Source of the DNA: an uncultured delta proteobacterium
GTDB taxonomy: Bacteria; Desulfobacterota; Binatia; Binatales; Binataceae
NCBI GenBank assembly: GCA_963833025.1
Contig: CAWHWI010000001.1
Span: 596,855-660,854 of the forward strand
DNA length: 64,000 nucleotides
Direction of reading: 5' to 3'
Positions 30,379 through 40,735 of the stretch are shown piece after piece. The notes beneath the pieces were generated by a model. The model did not search any database. It was given only the letters and a program-made list of their open reading frames with translations, and was not told where the DNA came from. Position numbers and translations under genes: made by a program. Each line of letters starts with the position of its first letter. Position 1 is the stretch's first letter.

Positions 30379-31574
30379 TTCGGAATCGGCACGCTGTTTA
30401 GCACATTTTCAATAATCGCGAGACCGGCGTCGGCCTCTTCGCGCGTGAGGTTCAACGGCGGCAGCAAGCGCAGCACGTTGCCCGCGGTGCCGTTGACGAG
30501 GAGGCGATTCTTGACGCACTCCTCGACGATTGGACGCGCGTCGTGCTTCAGCACCGCGCCGATGATCATGCCGAGTCCGCGCACCTCGACGATTCGATCG
30601 CACGAGCGCGCAAACTTGCGGAGCCGCTCGAGCATATAGGCGCCGACGCTCGACGCGTTCTCGAGCACGCCGTCCTGCTCGAGCGCGTCGATCATACCGA
30701 GGGCCGCCGCACACGCCACCGGATTGCTGCCGAAGGTGCTGCCGTGGCTGCCGGGCGTGAAGCTCGACGCGATTTCATCGCGCGCAATCATCGCGCCGAT
30801 CGGAAGCCCACCGCCGAGCGCCTTGGCCAGCGTCACGATGTCGGGTTTGACGCCGACGTGTTCGTAGGCGAAAAATTTTCCGGTGCGCCCCATCCCGGTT
30901 TGCACTTCGTCGAGAATCAGCAGCAGCTTGTTGCGATCGCACCAGTCGCGCATTCGTTTCAGATAATCCGCATGCGGCACGACCACGCCGCCTTCGCCCT
31001 GGATCGGCTCGACCATCACGCCGACGGTTTCGTCACGCCGCGCGCGATCGAGCGCCGCGAGATCGTCGAAGGGCACCATCCTGAAGCCGGGCATCAGCGG
31101 TTGAAACCCCTGATGGTACCGCTCCTGGCCGGTCGCGCTCACGGTGGCGAGGGTGCGTCCGTGGAACGATCCGAGCGTCGTCAAAATCTCGAAGCGTCCG
31201 TTGCCGGCGTTGCTGCCCCATCGCCGCGCGAGCTTTATAGCAGCCTCGTTGGCCTCAGCCCCGGAGTTGCCTAAAAAGACTTTTCCGTCGCCGAAATGAT
31301 TCGCCAGCCGCTCGACCAATCGCGCACTCGCCTCGGTGTGAAAGACGTTGGAAACGTGCGTGAGCCTTTCCGCCTGCTCCTTGATCGCGCGCACGACGCG
31401 GGGATTTCCGTGACCAAGGCTGGTTACAGCGAGCCCGCAGAAAAAATCGAGATAGCGATTGCCGTCGGCGTCGTACAGATACGCGCCATGCCCGCGCGCG
31501 AACGCGATTGGGAGGCATCCGTAAACATCGACCATGTGTCGATGCGTGAGTTCTACAATCTCGGCGTTGTTCAT
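30375..31574 (-). CDS. argD: Acetylornithine aminotransferase
   Basis: Class III aminotransferase, ArgD-type; 4-nt overlap with argF. Confidence 0.9.
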   Translation of the reverse strand: MNNAEIVELTHRHMVDVYGCLPIAFARGHGAYLYDADGNRYLDFFCGLAVTSLGHGNPRVVRAIKEQAERLTHVSNVFHTEASARLVERLANHFGDGKVFLGNSGAEANEAAIKLARRWGSNAGNGRFEILTTLGSFHGRTLATVSATGQERYHQGFQPLMPGFRMVPFDDLAALDRARRDETVGVMVEPIQGEGGVVVPHADYLKRMRDWCDRNKLLLILDEVQTGMGRTGKFFAYEHVGVKPDIVTLAKALGGGLPIGAMIARDEIASSFTPGSHGSTFGSNPVACAAALGMIDALEQDGVLENASSVGAYMLERLRKFARSCDRIVEVRGLGMIIGAVLKHDARPIVEECVKNRLLVNGTAGNVLRLLPPLNLTREEADAGLAIIENVLNSVPIPK

Positions 31575-32512
31575 CGCGGCTTGCCACCCCCCGCGCTGCG
31601 CGCGCTATCGGTCAGGGCCGACACCTTCGCGCGGCGCTGCACCACTTCGGTGCCGATTCCCGAGCGGGTGAAAATTTCCAGCAGCACCGCGTGTTTGTTG
31701 CGGCCATCTATTATATGGGTCTTCGCGACGCCCTTGTTGAGCGCCTCGATGCAGCATTCGACCTTCGGAATCATCCCTTCGTGAATGACGCCGCGCGCGA
31801 TCAAGCGCCGCGCTTCGGCCGCGTCGAGCGTCGAGAGCAATTTTCCGTCCTTGTCCTTCACGCCTTCGACGTCGCTCAGCAGGATCAATTTTTCCGCCTT
31901 GAGCGCCGCCGCGATCTCGCCCGCCGCGGTGTCGGCGTTGATATTGTAGGTCTGGCCGTCGCGGCCGAACCCGGTCGGCGCGATTACCGGGATGAAGTTG
32001 TTCACCTCGAGCGTGCGCAACAACTCCGGATTCACGCGATCGACTTCGCCGACCAGCCCGATATCGACGCGCGAGCGCTTGCCGTTGTCGTCCGTCACCA
32101 CCATCCGCATCTTGCGCGACCTGATCAGGTCACCGTCCTTGCCCGACAGGCCGACCGCGCGGCCGCCCATGCGCGAAATCGTCGCGACGAGATCTTTATT
32201 GATTCTCTGCAGGACCATTTCGGCCGCTTCCATCGTCGCCGGATCGGTCACGCGCATCCCGCGCACGAAGCGCGACTTGAGCCCGAGCTTGCCGACCAGT
32301 TCAGTAATCTGCGGGCCGCCGCCGTGTACGATAATCGGGTTGATGCCGACCAAATCGAGCAGCACGACTTCCTGCGCGAAGCTCTCACGCAGCTCCTCGG
32401 TCTGCATCGCATGGCCGCCGTACTTGATGACGAAGGTTTTGCCGCGAAACCGCCGGATGTACGGCAGCGCCTCGATGAGCACGTCGGCTCGATTGTGAGT
32501 GGCGTCTTTCAA
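31571..32512 (-). CDS. argB: Acetylglutamate kinase
   Basis: Amino-acid kinase family; VIKYGG motif; 4-nt overlap with argD. Confidence 0.9.
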   Translation of the reverse strand: MKDATHNRADVLIEALPYIRRFRGKTFVIKYGGHAMQTEELRESFAQEVVLLDLVGINPIIVHGGGPQITELVGKLGLKSRFVRGMRVTDPATMEAAEMVLQRINKDLVATISRMGGRAVGLSGKDGDLIRSRKMRMVVTDDNGKRSRVDIGLVGEVDRVNPELLRTLEVNNFIPVIAPTGFGRDGQTYNINADTAAGEIAAALKAEKLILLSDVEGVKDKDGKLLSTLDAAEARRLIARGVIHEGMIPKVECCIEALNKGVAKTHIIDGRNKHAVLLEIFTRSGIGTEVVQRRAKVSALTDSARSAGGGKPR

Positions 32513-32625
32513 GCCCGAAACCTCGGAGCCCCTTCACTGAAAAAGGAAATCAAAACAGTAATGCACGCGCCGCGCAATCCATCGCCTGCGCAGCCGTTAA
32601 CGCCAGTGTAACGATTGAGCGGCAG

Positions 32626-33996
32626 CTACAGAATATAGCGCGAGAGATCTTCGTCCTTGACGATTTCGTCGAGGCGGCCGTGAACGTAGGCGGCGTCGAT
32701 AGTCAGTTCGCGTTCCTGCAGTTCCGGCGCGTCGAACGACAGCTCTTCGAGCAGCCGCTCGAGGACAGTATGCAGCCGGCGCGCGCCGATATTTTCCGAG
32801 CGCGCGTTGACCTTGGCCGCGATCTCCGCCAGCGCCGCGACCCCGTCCTCGGTGAAGCGCATGTGCACGCCCTCGGTCTCCATCAGCGCCACGTATTGCC
32901 GCGTAAGCGCGTTCTCGGGCTCAGTGAGGATGCGAATAAAGTCCTCGCGGGTGAGCGCCTTCAGCTCGACGCGAATCGGAAAGCGTCCCTGGAATTCGGG
33001 AATCAGGTCCGACGGTTTCGAGGTGTGAAACGCCCCCGACGCGACGAACAAAATGTGGTCGGTCTTGACGGCTCCATATTTCGTGTTGACCGTCGATCCC
33101 TCGACTATCGGCAGCAGGTCGCGCTGCACGCCCTCGCGCGACACGTCCGGACCGTGCGACTCGCGCCCCGCGATTTTGTCGATCTCGTCGATGAACACTA
33201 TCCCCGACTGCTCCGCGCGCGTGATCGCCTCGTGCGCCACCGCCTCCATATCTACCAGCCGCGCCGCTTCCTCCGTCGTCAGCAACTCAAGCGCCTCGGG
33301 AATCTTCACTTTGCGCGTGCGCGTCTTCTTGGGCATGAGCTGATTCATCAGCTCCTTCATGTTGAGGCCCATCTCTTCCATGCCTTGCGGCGTGAAGACT
33401 TCGATATTCGGCACGGCGTTCGCGCTGACTTCGAGCTCGACTTCGCGATCGTCCAGATGGCCGCCGTTCAGCAGCTTGCGCAACTTCTCGCGCGTCTCCT
33501 TGTGCGAGTTGTTGTCGACTACCTCCATATGCCCCTCAGGCGTGATCCCCGCGGGACGGCGAACTTTGGTCGGCGCCGGGAACAGCAGATCGAGCAATCG
33601 CTCCTCCGCATTCTCGCGCGCCTTGTGCGCGACGCGCTCGCGCGCTTCGTCGCGCACCATCTTGACCGCACACTCGGCCAGGTCGCGAATCATCGACTCG
33701 ACGTCGCGCCCGACGTAGCCGACCTCGGTGTAGCGCGACGCTTCCACCTTGACGAACGGCGCCTGCGCCAGCCGCGCCAGGCGCCGCGCGATTTCGGTCT
33801 TGCCGACGCCGGTCGGCCCGATCATCAGGATATTCTTCGGCGCAATTTCGTCGCGCAGATCCGGCGCGACATTCTGCCGCCGCCATCGGTTGCGCAACGC
33901 GATCGCGACTGCGCGTTTCGCGTCGTGCTGCCCGACGATATAGCGGTCGAGCTCAGAGACGATCTCGCGCGGCGTCATTACTTGAGGGATTGCCAT
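32626..33996 (-). CDS. hslU: ATP-dependent protease ATPase subunit HslU
   Basis: MTPREIV..YIVGQ N-terminus; Walker A GPTGVGKT; full-length HslU. Confidence 0.9.
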   Translation of the reverse strand: MAIPQVMTPREIVSELDRYIVGQHDAKRAVAIALRNRWRRQNVAPDLRDEIAPKNILMIGPTGVGKTEIARRLARLAQAPFVKVEASRYTEVGYVGRDVESMIRDLAECAVKMVRDEARERVAHKARENAEERLLDLLFPAPTKVRRPAGITPEGHMEVVDNNSHKETREKLRKLLNGGHLDDREVELEVSANAVPNIEVFTPQGMEEMGLNMKELMNQLMPKKTRTRKVKIPEALELLTTEEAARLVDMEAVAHEAITRAEQSGIVFIDEIDKIAGRESHGPDVSREGVQRDLLPIVEGSTVNTKYGAVKTDHILFVASGAFHTSKPSDLIPEFQGRFPIRVELKALTREDFIRILTEPENALTRQYVALMETEGVHMRFTEDGVAALAEIAAKVNARSENIGARRLHTVLERLLEELSFDAPELQERELTIDAAYVHGRLDEIVKDEDLSRYIL

Positions 33997-34015
33997 ATCT
34001 TCTTGAAGGTAGTGG

Positions 34016-34588
34016 CTACAATTCTTCGAAAACAAATTGGTCGTTGGTGTAAACGCAGACTTCGGCCGCGATCTTCATCGCGCCTTCCGCGATCTGTCGC
34101 GCCGTCATCCCCGAGCCGTGGCGAATCAGCGCGCGCGCCGCCGACAACGCATAGTTGCCGCCCGATCCGATCGCGAGGATTCCATCGTCCGGCTCGAGCA
34201 CGTCGCCGACGCCCGAAATCAGCAGCGAGCTCTCCTTGTCCGCGACCACCAGCATCGCCTCGAGCCGCCGCAGGATTCGATCCGTGCGCCAGTCTTTGGC
34301 CAGCTCGACGGCCGCGCGCCGGAGCACTCCATTATATTCCTGCAGCTTCGATTCGAACTTGTCGAACAGCGTCAGCGCGTCCGCGGTCGAGCCCGCGAAG
34401 CCCGCCAGCACGCGATCCTGATGCAGCCGGCGCACTTTCTTCGCCTTGCTCTTCATGATCGTTTGTCCAACGGTCACCTGCCCGTCACCCGCGATAACCA
34501 CGTGCCCCTCGTGGCGCACGCTCAGAATCGTCGTGTGGCGAACTACAGCGCCCGGCTCAAGACCCCGCTCAGACTCGTGGGAAGGCAC
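34016..34588 (-). CDS. hslV: ATP-dependent protease subunit HslV (GTG start gives a 17-aa extension before the catalytic Thr)
   Basis: [21 protein letters not shown].. matches the HslV N-terminus; there is no ATG/GTG/TTG immediately before the Thr-Thr. Confidence 0.85.
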   Translation of the reverse strand: MPSHESERGLEPGAVVRHTTILSVRHEGHVVIAGDGQVTVGQTIMKSKAKKVRRLHQDRVLAGFAGSTADALTLFDKFESKLQEYNGVLRRAAVELAKDWRTDRILRRLEAMLVVADKESSLLISGVGDVLEPDDGILAIGSGGNYALSAARALIRHGSGMTARQIAEGAMKIAAEVCVYTNDQFVFEEL

Positions 34589-35483
34589 GTCGATAAACCT
34601 CTTTCAAATGATTCACGCTGACATGAGTATAGCGCTGCGTCGTCGCGAGGCTCGCATGGCCGAGCATCTCCTGTATCGACCTCAGGTCGGCCCCATTGCC
34701 CAGCATATGCGTCGCGAAACAGTGACGCAGCCCGTGCGGCGTTAGTCCCGCGCTCACGCCGGCCGCCTCCAGACGCCGCTGCAGGATCGTCTCGACGCTG
34801 CGCGTGGTCAGCCGTCCGCCGCGAAGATTCGTAATCACCGGACCGTTGTGCTCCCACGCAATCGGCATCGCGGTCTTCCACTTCTTCAACGCATCCAGCG
34901 CGGGCTCGCCGAGCGGCACCAGCCGATCCTTGTTGCCCTTGCCCGCCCGGATCATCACCATCCCGAGCTCTTCGTCGATATCGCGCCAGTCGAGCCCGAC
35001 CAGCTCGCCGACGCGCAGCCCCGACGAGTACAGCGTCTCGAATATCGCGCGATCGCGTATCGACGCCGGCGTCGACTCACCTGGCGACAGCGAGAACTCG
35101 ATCAGCCGACGAACCTCGTCCTCCTGCAATATCGACGGCAAGCGCCGCTCGTTCTTCGGCGAGCGAATCGATCGCGCCGGACTTGCCGCGCCAATCGTCG
35201 TCTCGCGGTAGCGAAAAAACGCCTTGATCGCGCTAAGTCGGCGCTGGACGGTGGCGCGGGCGGCTTTGTTCTTCATCAATTCGGCCAGGTAGCTGCGGAT
35301 ATGATCCGCCGTGATACTCGCAACGTCGATCTCGTCCACTCTTCTGCCGACGATCGCCGCCCGCTCGAGCAAAAAACTTCGGAACGCGAGCAGGTCGCGG
35401 CGATAGTTCGTCACCGTGTTGTCCGCCGCGCGCGACGCCTTCCTCAGCGCCGCCGCAAACGCCTCGACCTCCACCTCCATCGT
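34569..35483 (-). CDS. xerC: Tyrosine recombinase XerC/XerD family
   Basis: Catalytic R..HxxR..Y residues ([21 protein letters not shown]); start taken at MEVEVEAF. Confidence 0.8.
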   Translation of the reverse strand, partial: TMEVEVEAFAAALRKASRAADNTVTNYRRDLLAFRSFLLERAAIVGRRVDEIDVASITADHIRSYLAELMKNKAARATVQRRLSAIKAFFRYRETTIGAASPARSIRSPKNERRLPSILQEDEVRRLIEFSLSPGESTPASIRDRAIFETLYSSGLRVGELVGLDWRDIDEELGMVMIRAGKGNKDRLVPLGEPALDALKKWKTAMPIAWEHNGPVITNLRGGRLTTRSVETILQRRLEAAGVSAGLTPHGLRHCFATHMLGNGADLRSIQEMLGHASLATTQRYTHVSVNHLKEVYRRAFPRV

Positions 35484-35610
35484 CTCGCGCGCACCCACTT
35501 GAGCGGCTATGCTATCAGCGGCGATTCGCCCGAAAAAGCGTGCATTCCCAAGCCGTTCGCATTCCAGTCCCGCGGAGCACCATGCCGCACGAAGAAACCC
35601 GGCCTGCGTT

Positions 35611-35916
35611 ATGAACTGCTGGCATTGCGCCCGAAAGATCGAAGTCGTCACCGGCGAACGAGTCGGTTTTCGCGACGAGTGCCCCGGATGCGGCCGCGCG
35701 CTCCACTCATGTCGCAACTGCGGCTTTTACGATCCGTCCTACAACAACAGTTGCCGCGAGCCGATGGCGGAGCGGGTGGTCGATAAGGAACGATTCAATT
35801 TCTGCGAATATTTTATCCCGGGCGACGCGGCTGCCAGGCCGCCAGCAAAAACAAAAGCAAAAACAACAACTGGCGCCCAAAAAGAGCTGGAGGCTCTCTT
35901 CAAGAAAAAATCATGA
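35611..35916 (+). CDS. Small zinc-ribbon protein (four CxxC pairs)
   Basis: MNCWHC..CPGC..CRNC..C pattern; Lys-rich C-terminus. Confidence 0.55.
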   Translation: MNCWHCARKIEVVTGERVGFRDECPGCGRALHSCRNCGFYDPSYNNSCREPMAERVVDKERFNFCEYFIPGDAAARPPAKTKAKTTTGAQKELEALFKKKS

Positions 35917-36341
35917 CCTCGCGCCGACTCCAGTTTCGTGACCGATGCGTCGAGCTTCTATTCATCGCGGCGTTCGCTTCGACAGTCGCCACCGGATGCC
36001 ATCCGGCCAACAGCGCGCGCGGGGTCGTCGATCGCTTCATCGACCAATATTATGTAGCGATCGATCTGAAGGCGGCCGAGCCATTCTGCACCGGCCTCGC
36101 ACTCGACAAACTGCATAAGGAAATGCAGCTGATCGGCAATCAGAAAATCGACGCGAACACCCGCAAGCCCGTCGTGCATTACAAGCTCACTGCCGAGCGC
36201 GACGGCACCGACCATATCGAATTCCTGTTTCGCGCTACCATCGACGTGCCCGAAGGCGGCACCTTCAACCGCAACTGGCTGATAACCGCGCGCAAGGACG
36301 CCGACACGTGGAAAGTCTCGAACTTCGATGACTACGAATAG
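35913..36341 (+). CDS. Lipoprotein, hypothetical
   Basis: Signal peptide with lipobox ATGC; 4-nt overlap with the upstream gene. Confidence 0.55.
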   Translation: MTSRRLQFRDRCVELLFIAAFASTVATGCHPANSARGVVDRFIDQYYVAIDLKAAEPFCTGLALDKLHKEMQLIGNQKIDANTRKPVVHYKLTAERDGTDHIEFLFRATIDVPEGGTFNRNWLITARKDADTWKVSNFDDYE

Positions 36342-37764
36342 CGTCGCCGCGATCATCCTCGCCGCCGGCAAGGGAACCCGGATGCGCTCGAAGCGCGCCA
36401 AGGTCCTGCACGAGCTAGGCGGCGAACCGATGATCGCGCGCGCAGTTCGCGCCGTCGCGGCACTCGAACCAGATCCAATCGTGATCGTCGTCGGCCACCA
36501 GGCTCGCGAGGTCGAAGCCGCCGTAACTTCATCGAAGGCGCGATTCGCTTTCCAGGAGCCGCAGCGCGGCACCGGCGACGCCGCGCGATGCGCCCTCGCG
36601 CAGCTTCCCGCAAACTTCACCGGCGACGTGCTGATCACTTATGGCGACATGCCCGCGATCACGTCGGCGACGCTGCGCGCGTTCCTCGACGCACATCGAA
36701 AGCGCGGCGCCAAACTCTCGTTCATCAGTATTGTTCTCGACGACCCCGCGGCATACGGCCGCGTCATTCGCGATACGTCCGGCAACGTCGATAAAATCGT
36801 CGAGTTCCGCGACGCGTCGCCCACCGAACGCGCCGTCAAGGAAATCAACACCGGCTTTTACGTCGTCGATAGCGCCCTGCTGCGCTCCGCGCTCGCGGAA
36901 CTGAAACCGTCCAACGCGCAGGATGAGTACTATCTGACCGATATCGTCGCGATTGCGCGTGCGCGCAGTGAAAACGAAAAAGTTGAAGCGTGGGTTGCTA
37001 CCGACCCGGCGGAATTCGCCGGTATCAACTCGCGCGAGGAGCTGGCAAATATGGAAGCCGAAGTTCGTGCCACCGTTAACCGAAAGCTGATGGCGTCCGG
37101 CGTGACGCTCGTCGATCCCGCATCCGCCTACATCTCGGAGCAGGCCGAAATCGCGCCCGATTGCGTAATCGGTCCCAACGTCCAGATTTTCGGCGCCTGC
37201 AAGCTCGGCGAGGGCGTGCGAATCGACGGCACCGCGTGGCTCAGCAACGTGACGATTGGCCCGCGATGCCATCTGAAGCTCGGCGTGCGCGCCGAAGATT
37301 GCTCAATCGGCGAGGAATCCGAAATCGGCCCGTTCGCCAACTTGCGCGCCGGCACCGAACTCGCCGGCCACAATCGCATCGGCAATTTCGTCGAGACCAA
37401 AAAGGCGCGCATCGGACGCGGCACCAAGGCCAGCCACCTGAGCTACCTCGGCGACACCACCATCGGCGCCGACACCAACATCGGATGCGGCGTCATCACC
37501 GTGAACTACGACGGCTACGACAAGCATCACACGGAAATAGGCGACCGCTGCATGGTCGGATGCGACACGCAACTCGTCGCGCCAATCAAGGTCGGCAGCG
37601 ACGTGTACGTCGCGTCAGGCACGACGATTATTCGCGAGGTGCCCGACGGTGCGCTAGTGATGTCGCATCATCCGCAACGCGAAAAGGCCGGCTGGATGGC
37701 AACCTGGCGCAAACGCCACAACGACACCCCCGACGGCACCCTGCGGCGCAAAAAGGATCACTAA
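36328..37764 (+). CDS. glmU: Bifunctional UDP-N-acetylglucosamine pyrophosphorylase / glucosamine-1-phosphate N-acetyltransferase
   Basis: AIILAAGKGTRM N-terminus; left-handed beta-helix hexapeptide repeats at the C-terminus. Confidence 0.9.
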   Translation: MTTNSVAAIILAAGKGTRMRSKRAKVLHELGGEPMIARAVRAVAALEPDPIVIVVGHQAREVEAAVTSSKARFAFQEPQRGTGDAARCALAQLPANFTGDVLITYGDMPAITSATLRAFLDAHRKRGAKLSFISIVLDDPAAYGRVIRDTSGNVDKIVEFRDASPTERAVKEINTGFYVVDSALLRSALAELKPSNAQDEYYLTDIVAIARARSENEKVEAWVATDPAEFAGINSREELANMEAEVRATVNRKLMASGVTLVDPASAYISEQAEIAPDCVIGPNVQIFGACKLGEGVRIDGTAWLSNVTIGPRCHLKLGVRAEDCSIGEESEIGPFANLRAGTELAGHNRIGNFVETKKARIGRGTKASHLSYLGDTTIGADTNIGCGVITVNYDGYDKHHTEIGDRCMVGCDTQLVAPIKVGSDVYVASGTTIIREVPDGALVMSHHPQREKAGWMATWRKRHNDTPDGTLRRKKDH

Positions 37765-37864
37765 GTCTGTTGTCATCCTGACGAACCGTCGCTTGTACTC
37801 GCTCAACCGAGCGAGAATAATCATCACAACGAGGTGACGGTCGAGGCGATAGAAAACAAAGTGC

Positions 37865-38045
37865 GAGAGTAGCGCCAGGACTCATGGCCGCATCTGGCCA
37901 TGAGTTGACGAGGTGGAAGCAGCATCGAAAGATTCGGCGGATGGCTTCCCGGCTCCACGGTCGATAGAGGCGAGAGTGAAACCGCGCGGGTGACCGCGCG
38001 ACAAAACGCGCCTCGAGTGGCAGAGCATCCGGCTCTGATGTGATT
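37865..38045 (+). ncRNA. glmS ribozyme: glmS ribozyme (GlcN6P-responsive self-cleaving riboswitch) in the glmS 5' UTR
   Basis: AGCGCCAGGACU..UUGACGAGG..AUCGAA..UUCGGCGGAUGGCUUCCCGGCU matches the conserved core. The P1 hairpin is ACUCAUGGCC/GGCCAUGAGU. The P2 pairing GGAAGC/GCUUCC covaries relative to Bacillus GGAGG/CCUCC. Confidence 0.8.
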
Positions 38046-38148
38046 TCCTAAACTCTCCTCCAAAAGTCATTTCGCTATCGCTCCGTCCGTGTGGGTTCGG
38101 ACAACTCCGTAACCTTCCCTGCAAATCAGGGGAAAGGAGCGAACGCTC

Positions 38149-39978
38149 ATGTGCGGAATAATTGGATACGTCGGGCCGAGCGAGGCCTACCCGATCCTGC
38201 TCGAAGGGCTCAGCCGCCTCGAATATCGCGGCTACGATTCGGCGGGCATCGCAACTCTATCCGACAACAAGCTCGAAATTCGGCGCGCCAAAGGCAAGCT
38301 CGAGAACTTGCGCCACCTGTTGGCCGACTCCCCCCTTAAAGGCCGCATCGGAATCGGGCACACGCGATGGGCGACGCACGGCCGCCCGTCCGAGGAAAAC
38401 GCGCATCCGCACCAGGCCGGCCCGGTCGCGGTCATCCACAACGGCATCGTCGAGAACTTCATCGATCTGCGCACCGAGCTGCTCGCGCGCGGCCACAAAC
38501 TCCGCTCCGAGACCGACACCGAGCTGATCTCGCACCTTATCGAGGAGAAGCTCAAAGGCGGCCGCGGTCTCGCCGAGGCCGTGCGCGAGGCCGTCCTGCG
38601 GCTCCGCGGTTCGTTCTCAATAGTCGTGCTGTCGGAGACCGAGCCAGACAAATTGGTCGCCGCCAAGACCGCGACGCCGCTGGTGCTGGGGCTTGGCGAC
38701 GGCGAGAATTTCGTCGCCTCGGATATTCCCGCGATTCTCGAGCACACGCGCCGCGCGATTGTCCTCGAAGACGGCGAGCTGGCCGAGGTCACCGCGGCCA
38801 CGGCGCGCATCATGAAGTTCGACGGCACCGCAGTCACTCGCGCGCCGCGTCAAGTTGAATGGGATGCCGTCGCGGCCACCAAGGGCGGCTTCCGCCACTA
38901 CCTGCGCAAGGAAATCAACGATCAGCCGCAGGCGTGGATCGACACGATGGCCGGACGCGCGGACGCCGGCTCACCTATCGTGCGTTTCGAAGGCGAGCTG
39001 CTGCCGGCGGGCGGTCCCGCGTCGATCGGGCGAATCGTGATGCTCGGTGCGGGCGCCTCATGGATCACTGCGCAGGTCGCCAAGTTCATGATCGAGGAGC
39101 TCGCCGGGATTCCGGTCGAGGTCGATTACTCATCCGAGTTCCGCTATCGACGCCCGCCAATCGACGGCCGCACGATGATCATAGCCGTGTCGCAGTCGGG
39201 CGAGACCGCCGACACGATCGCTGCGATGGAAGAGGGCCGCGCGCGCGGTGCGCATCTGCTGGCGATCACCAACACCGTGGACTCGTCGATCGCGCGCAAG
39301 GCCGACGCGCAGTTGTACACGCGATGCGGTCCCGAGACCAGCGTGACAACCACCAAGTGCTTTCTCACGCAGCTCGAGGCTTACTATCTGTTCGCGATTC
39401 ACCTGGCGGCGCGGATGGGCCGTCTTTCAGGCTCCGATTCCGGGAAATTGTTGCAGCCGGCGTTCGCGATTCCCGGACAGATCAAAACTATCTTCGAGAG
39501 CGAGCCGAACATTCAGCAGATCGCGCGCAAGTACGCGCAGGCGCGCGACTTCCTGTTCCTCGGCCGCGGCATCAACTACCCAATCGCGCTCGAGGGGGCG
39601 CTCAAGCTTAAGGAAATTTCCTACATCCACGCCGAAGGTTACTCCGCAGGCGAGATGAAGCATGGGCCGATCGCGCTAATCGACGACAAGATGCCGGTGG
39701 TCGTGATAATTCCCAACGACGAGCTGTTCGACAAGTCGATGTCGAATCTGAAGGAAGTCGAATCGCGCAACGGCCGCATCATAGCAGTCACCAATCACGC
39801 AACCGCCGAGTTGAAAAGCGTAGCCGCGGAAATTATCGAGGTGCCGGAGACTAACCACATGTTAACGCCGGTACTGATGACAGTCCCACTACAACTGCTC
39901 GCCTACCACATAGCAGTGGAACGAGGCACCGATGTCGACCAACCGCGCAACCTCGCAAAGTCGGTAACTGTCGAGTAG
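38149..39978 (+). CDS. glmS: Glutamine--fructose-6-phosphate aminotransferase
   Basis: MCGIIGYVG N-terminal nucleophile; two SIS domains; ends ..NLAKSVTVE. Confidence 0.95.
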   Translation: MCGIIGYVGPSEAYPILLEGLSRLEYRGYDSAGIATLSDNKLEIRRAKGKLENLRHLLADSPLKGRIGIGHTRWATHGRPSEENAHPHQAGPVAVIHNGIVENFIDLRTELLARGHKLRSETDTELISHLIEEKLKGGRGLAEAVREAVLRLRGSFSIVVLSETEPDKLVAAKTATPLVLGLGDGENFVASDIPAILEHTRRAIVLEDGELAEVTAATARIMKFDGTAVTRAPRQVEWDAVAATKGGFRHYLRKEINDQPQAWIDTMAGRADAGSPIVRFEGELLPAGGPASIGRIVMLGAGASWITAQVAKFMIEELAGIPVEVDYSSEFRYRRPPIDGRTMIIAVSQSGETADTIAAMEEGRARGAHLLAITNTVDSSIARKADAQLYTRCGPETSVTTTKCFLTQLEAYYLFAIHLAARMGRLSGSDSGKLLQPAFAIPGQIKTIFESEPNIQQIARKYAQARDFLFLGRGINYPIALEGALKLKEISYIHAEGYSAGEMKHGPIALIDDKMPVVVIIPNDELFDKSMSNLKEVESRNGRIIAVTNHATAELKSVAAEIIEVPETNHMLTPVLMTVPLQLLAYHIAVERGTDVDQPRNLAKSVTVE

Positions 39979-40038
39979 CGCAAGGCGGACGGCTGCTGCC
40001 CGCATAGCTCGTCGAGCAGCTCCTTCGCGCCTTTAGGG

Positions 40039-40078
40039 GGCGCAGACAGCGCCGGTAGTCACACCGGCGCTGTCCGCC
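40039..40078. terminator. Strong hairpin between convergent genes glmS (+) and a hypothetical gene (-)
   Basis: ggcgcagacagcgccgg / ccggcgctgtccgcc 15-17 bp stem with an 8-nt loop. Confidence 0.5.
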
Positions 40079-40121
40079 CTAGATTTGCCGTTAAGCGATA
40101 CGGCGTAAGACGCGTGCCTTA

Positions 40122-40442
40122 CTAGCCGATCGGCTGCTCTTCGTACATCGCGGTACTGACCAGGTCGGCGGCCGGTTCGCGGTCGCCCTCAAGCTCCGCC
40201 AAAAACGCGCGCCACTCGGGATCGGCGCCGAGTTTTGCGGCGTACTCTCCGAAGCTCTTGTAGTTCGCGGTTTCGATTCCGATCGCGATCGTCCCCGGCT
40301 CACCGCCAGTAGCGGTGTTCCACTGTCGGACCTTGCCGCCATCGCGGTGTACAATCCTGGTGCCCTTGACCACGTTTTTCATGAAACTCTGAAGCTTTCC
40401 GGGTCGCGGGCGGTAGACGAACACTTGTAGAATTGTCGACAT
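40122..40442 (-). CDS. Hypothetical protein (106 aa) inside the glmS-downstream insert
   Basis: Complete ORF with high-GC codon usage; no family recognised. Confidence 0.5.
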   Translation of the reverse strand: MSTILQVFVYRPRPGKLQSFMKNVVKGTRIVHRDGGKVRQWNTATGGEPGTIAIGIETANYKSFGEYAAKLGADPEWRAFLAELEGDREPAADLVSTAMYEEQPIG

Positions 40443-40656
40443 GGCACAATCTCCCGCCTCAAGCCATCATGTGGCTTGAAGCAATATGAATAGACGATGG
40501 GGTTGGTTCAGCGGGACGGGCGTCGCAGGGCGCGCAGTCGGGCCAGGCTCAAGTCGGACTCAATCCTTATATCGATCCCGACGCTCTGACCCTTTGCTTA
40601 ATCGGCGCCGAAGTCAAGTCACAGGAATCGGAGTTGTGTCCACGTCAAGATGTTCT

Positions 40657-40722
40657 GCACGAGACCGCGGCACCGACATAGGCCAAGCGCGCAACCTCGC
40701 CAAGTCAGTGACTGTCGAGTAG
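40657..40722 (+). repeat. Diverged direct repeat of the glmS 3' end (last ~18 codons plus stop), including synonymous substitutions
   Basis: 46/54 nt identical to 39925-39978; translates to ..GTDIGQARNLAKSVTVE* against the GlmS C-terminus ..GTDVDQPRNLAKSVTVE*. Confidence 0.6.
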
Positions 40723-40735
40723 GACGACTTAAGTC

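Noticed and set aside
40486-40722. 78-aa plus-strand ORF ending in ..NLAKSVTVE
   Set aside because: Only the last ~17 codons resemble GlmS and the remainder is Arg/Ser-rich noise. I interpret it as a relic repeat, not a gene.
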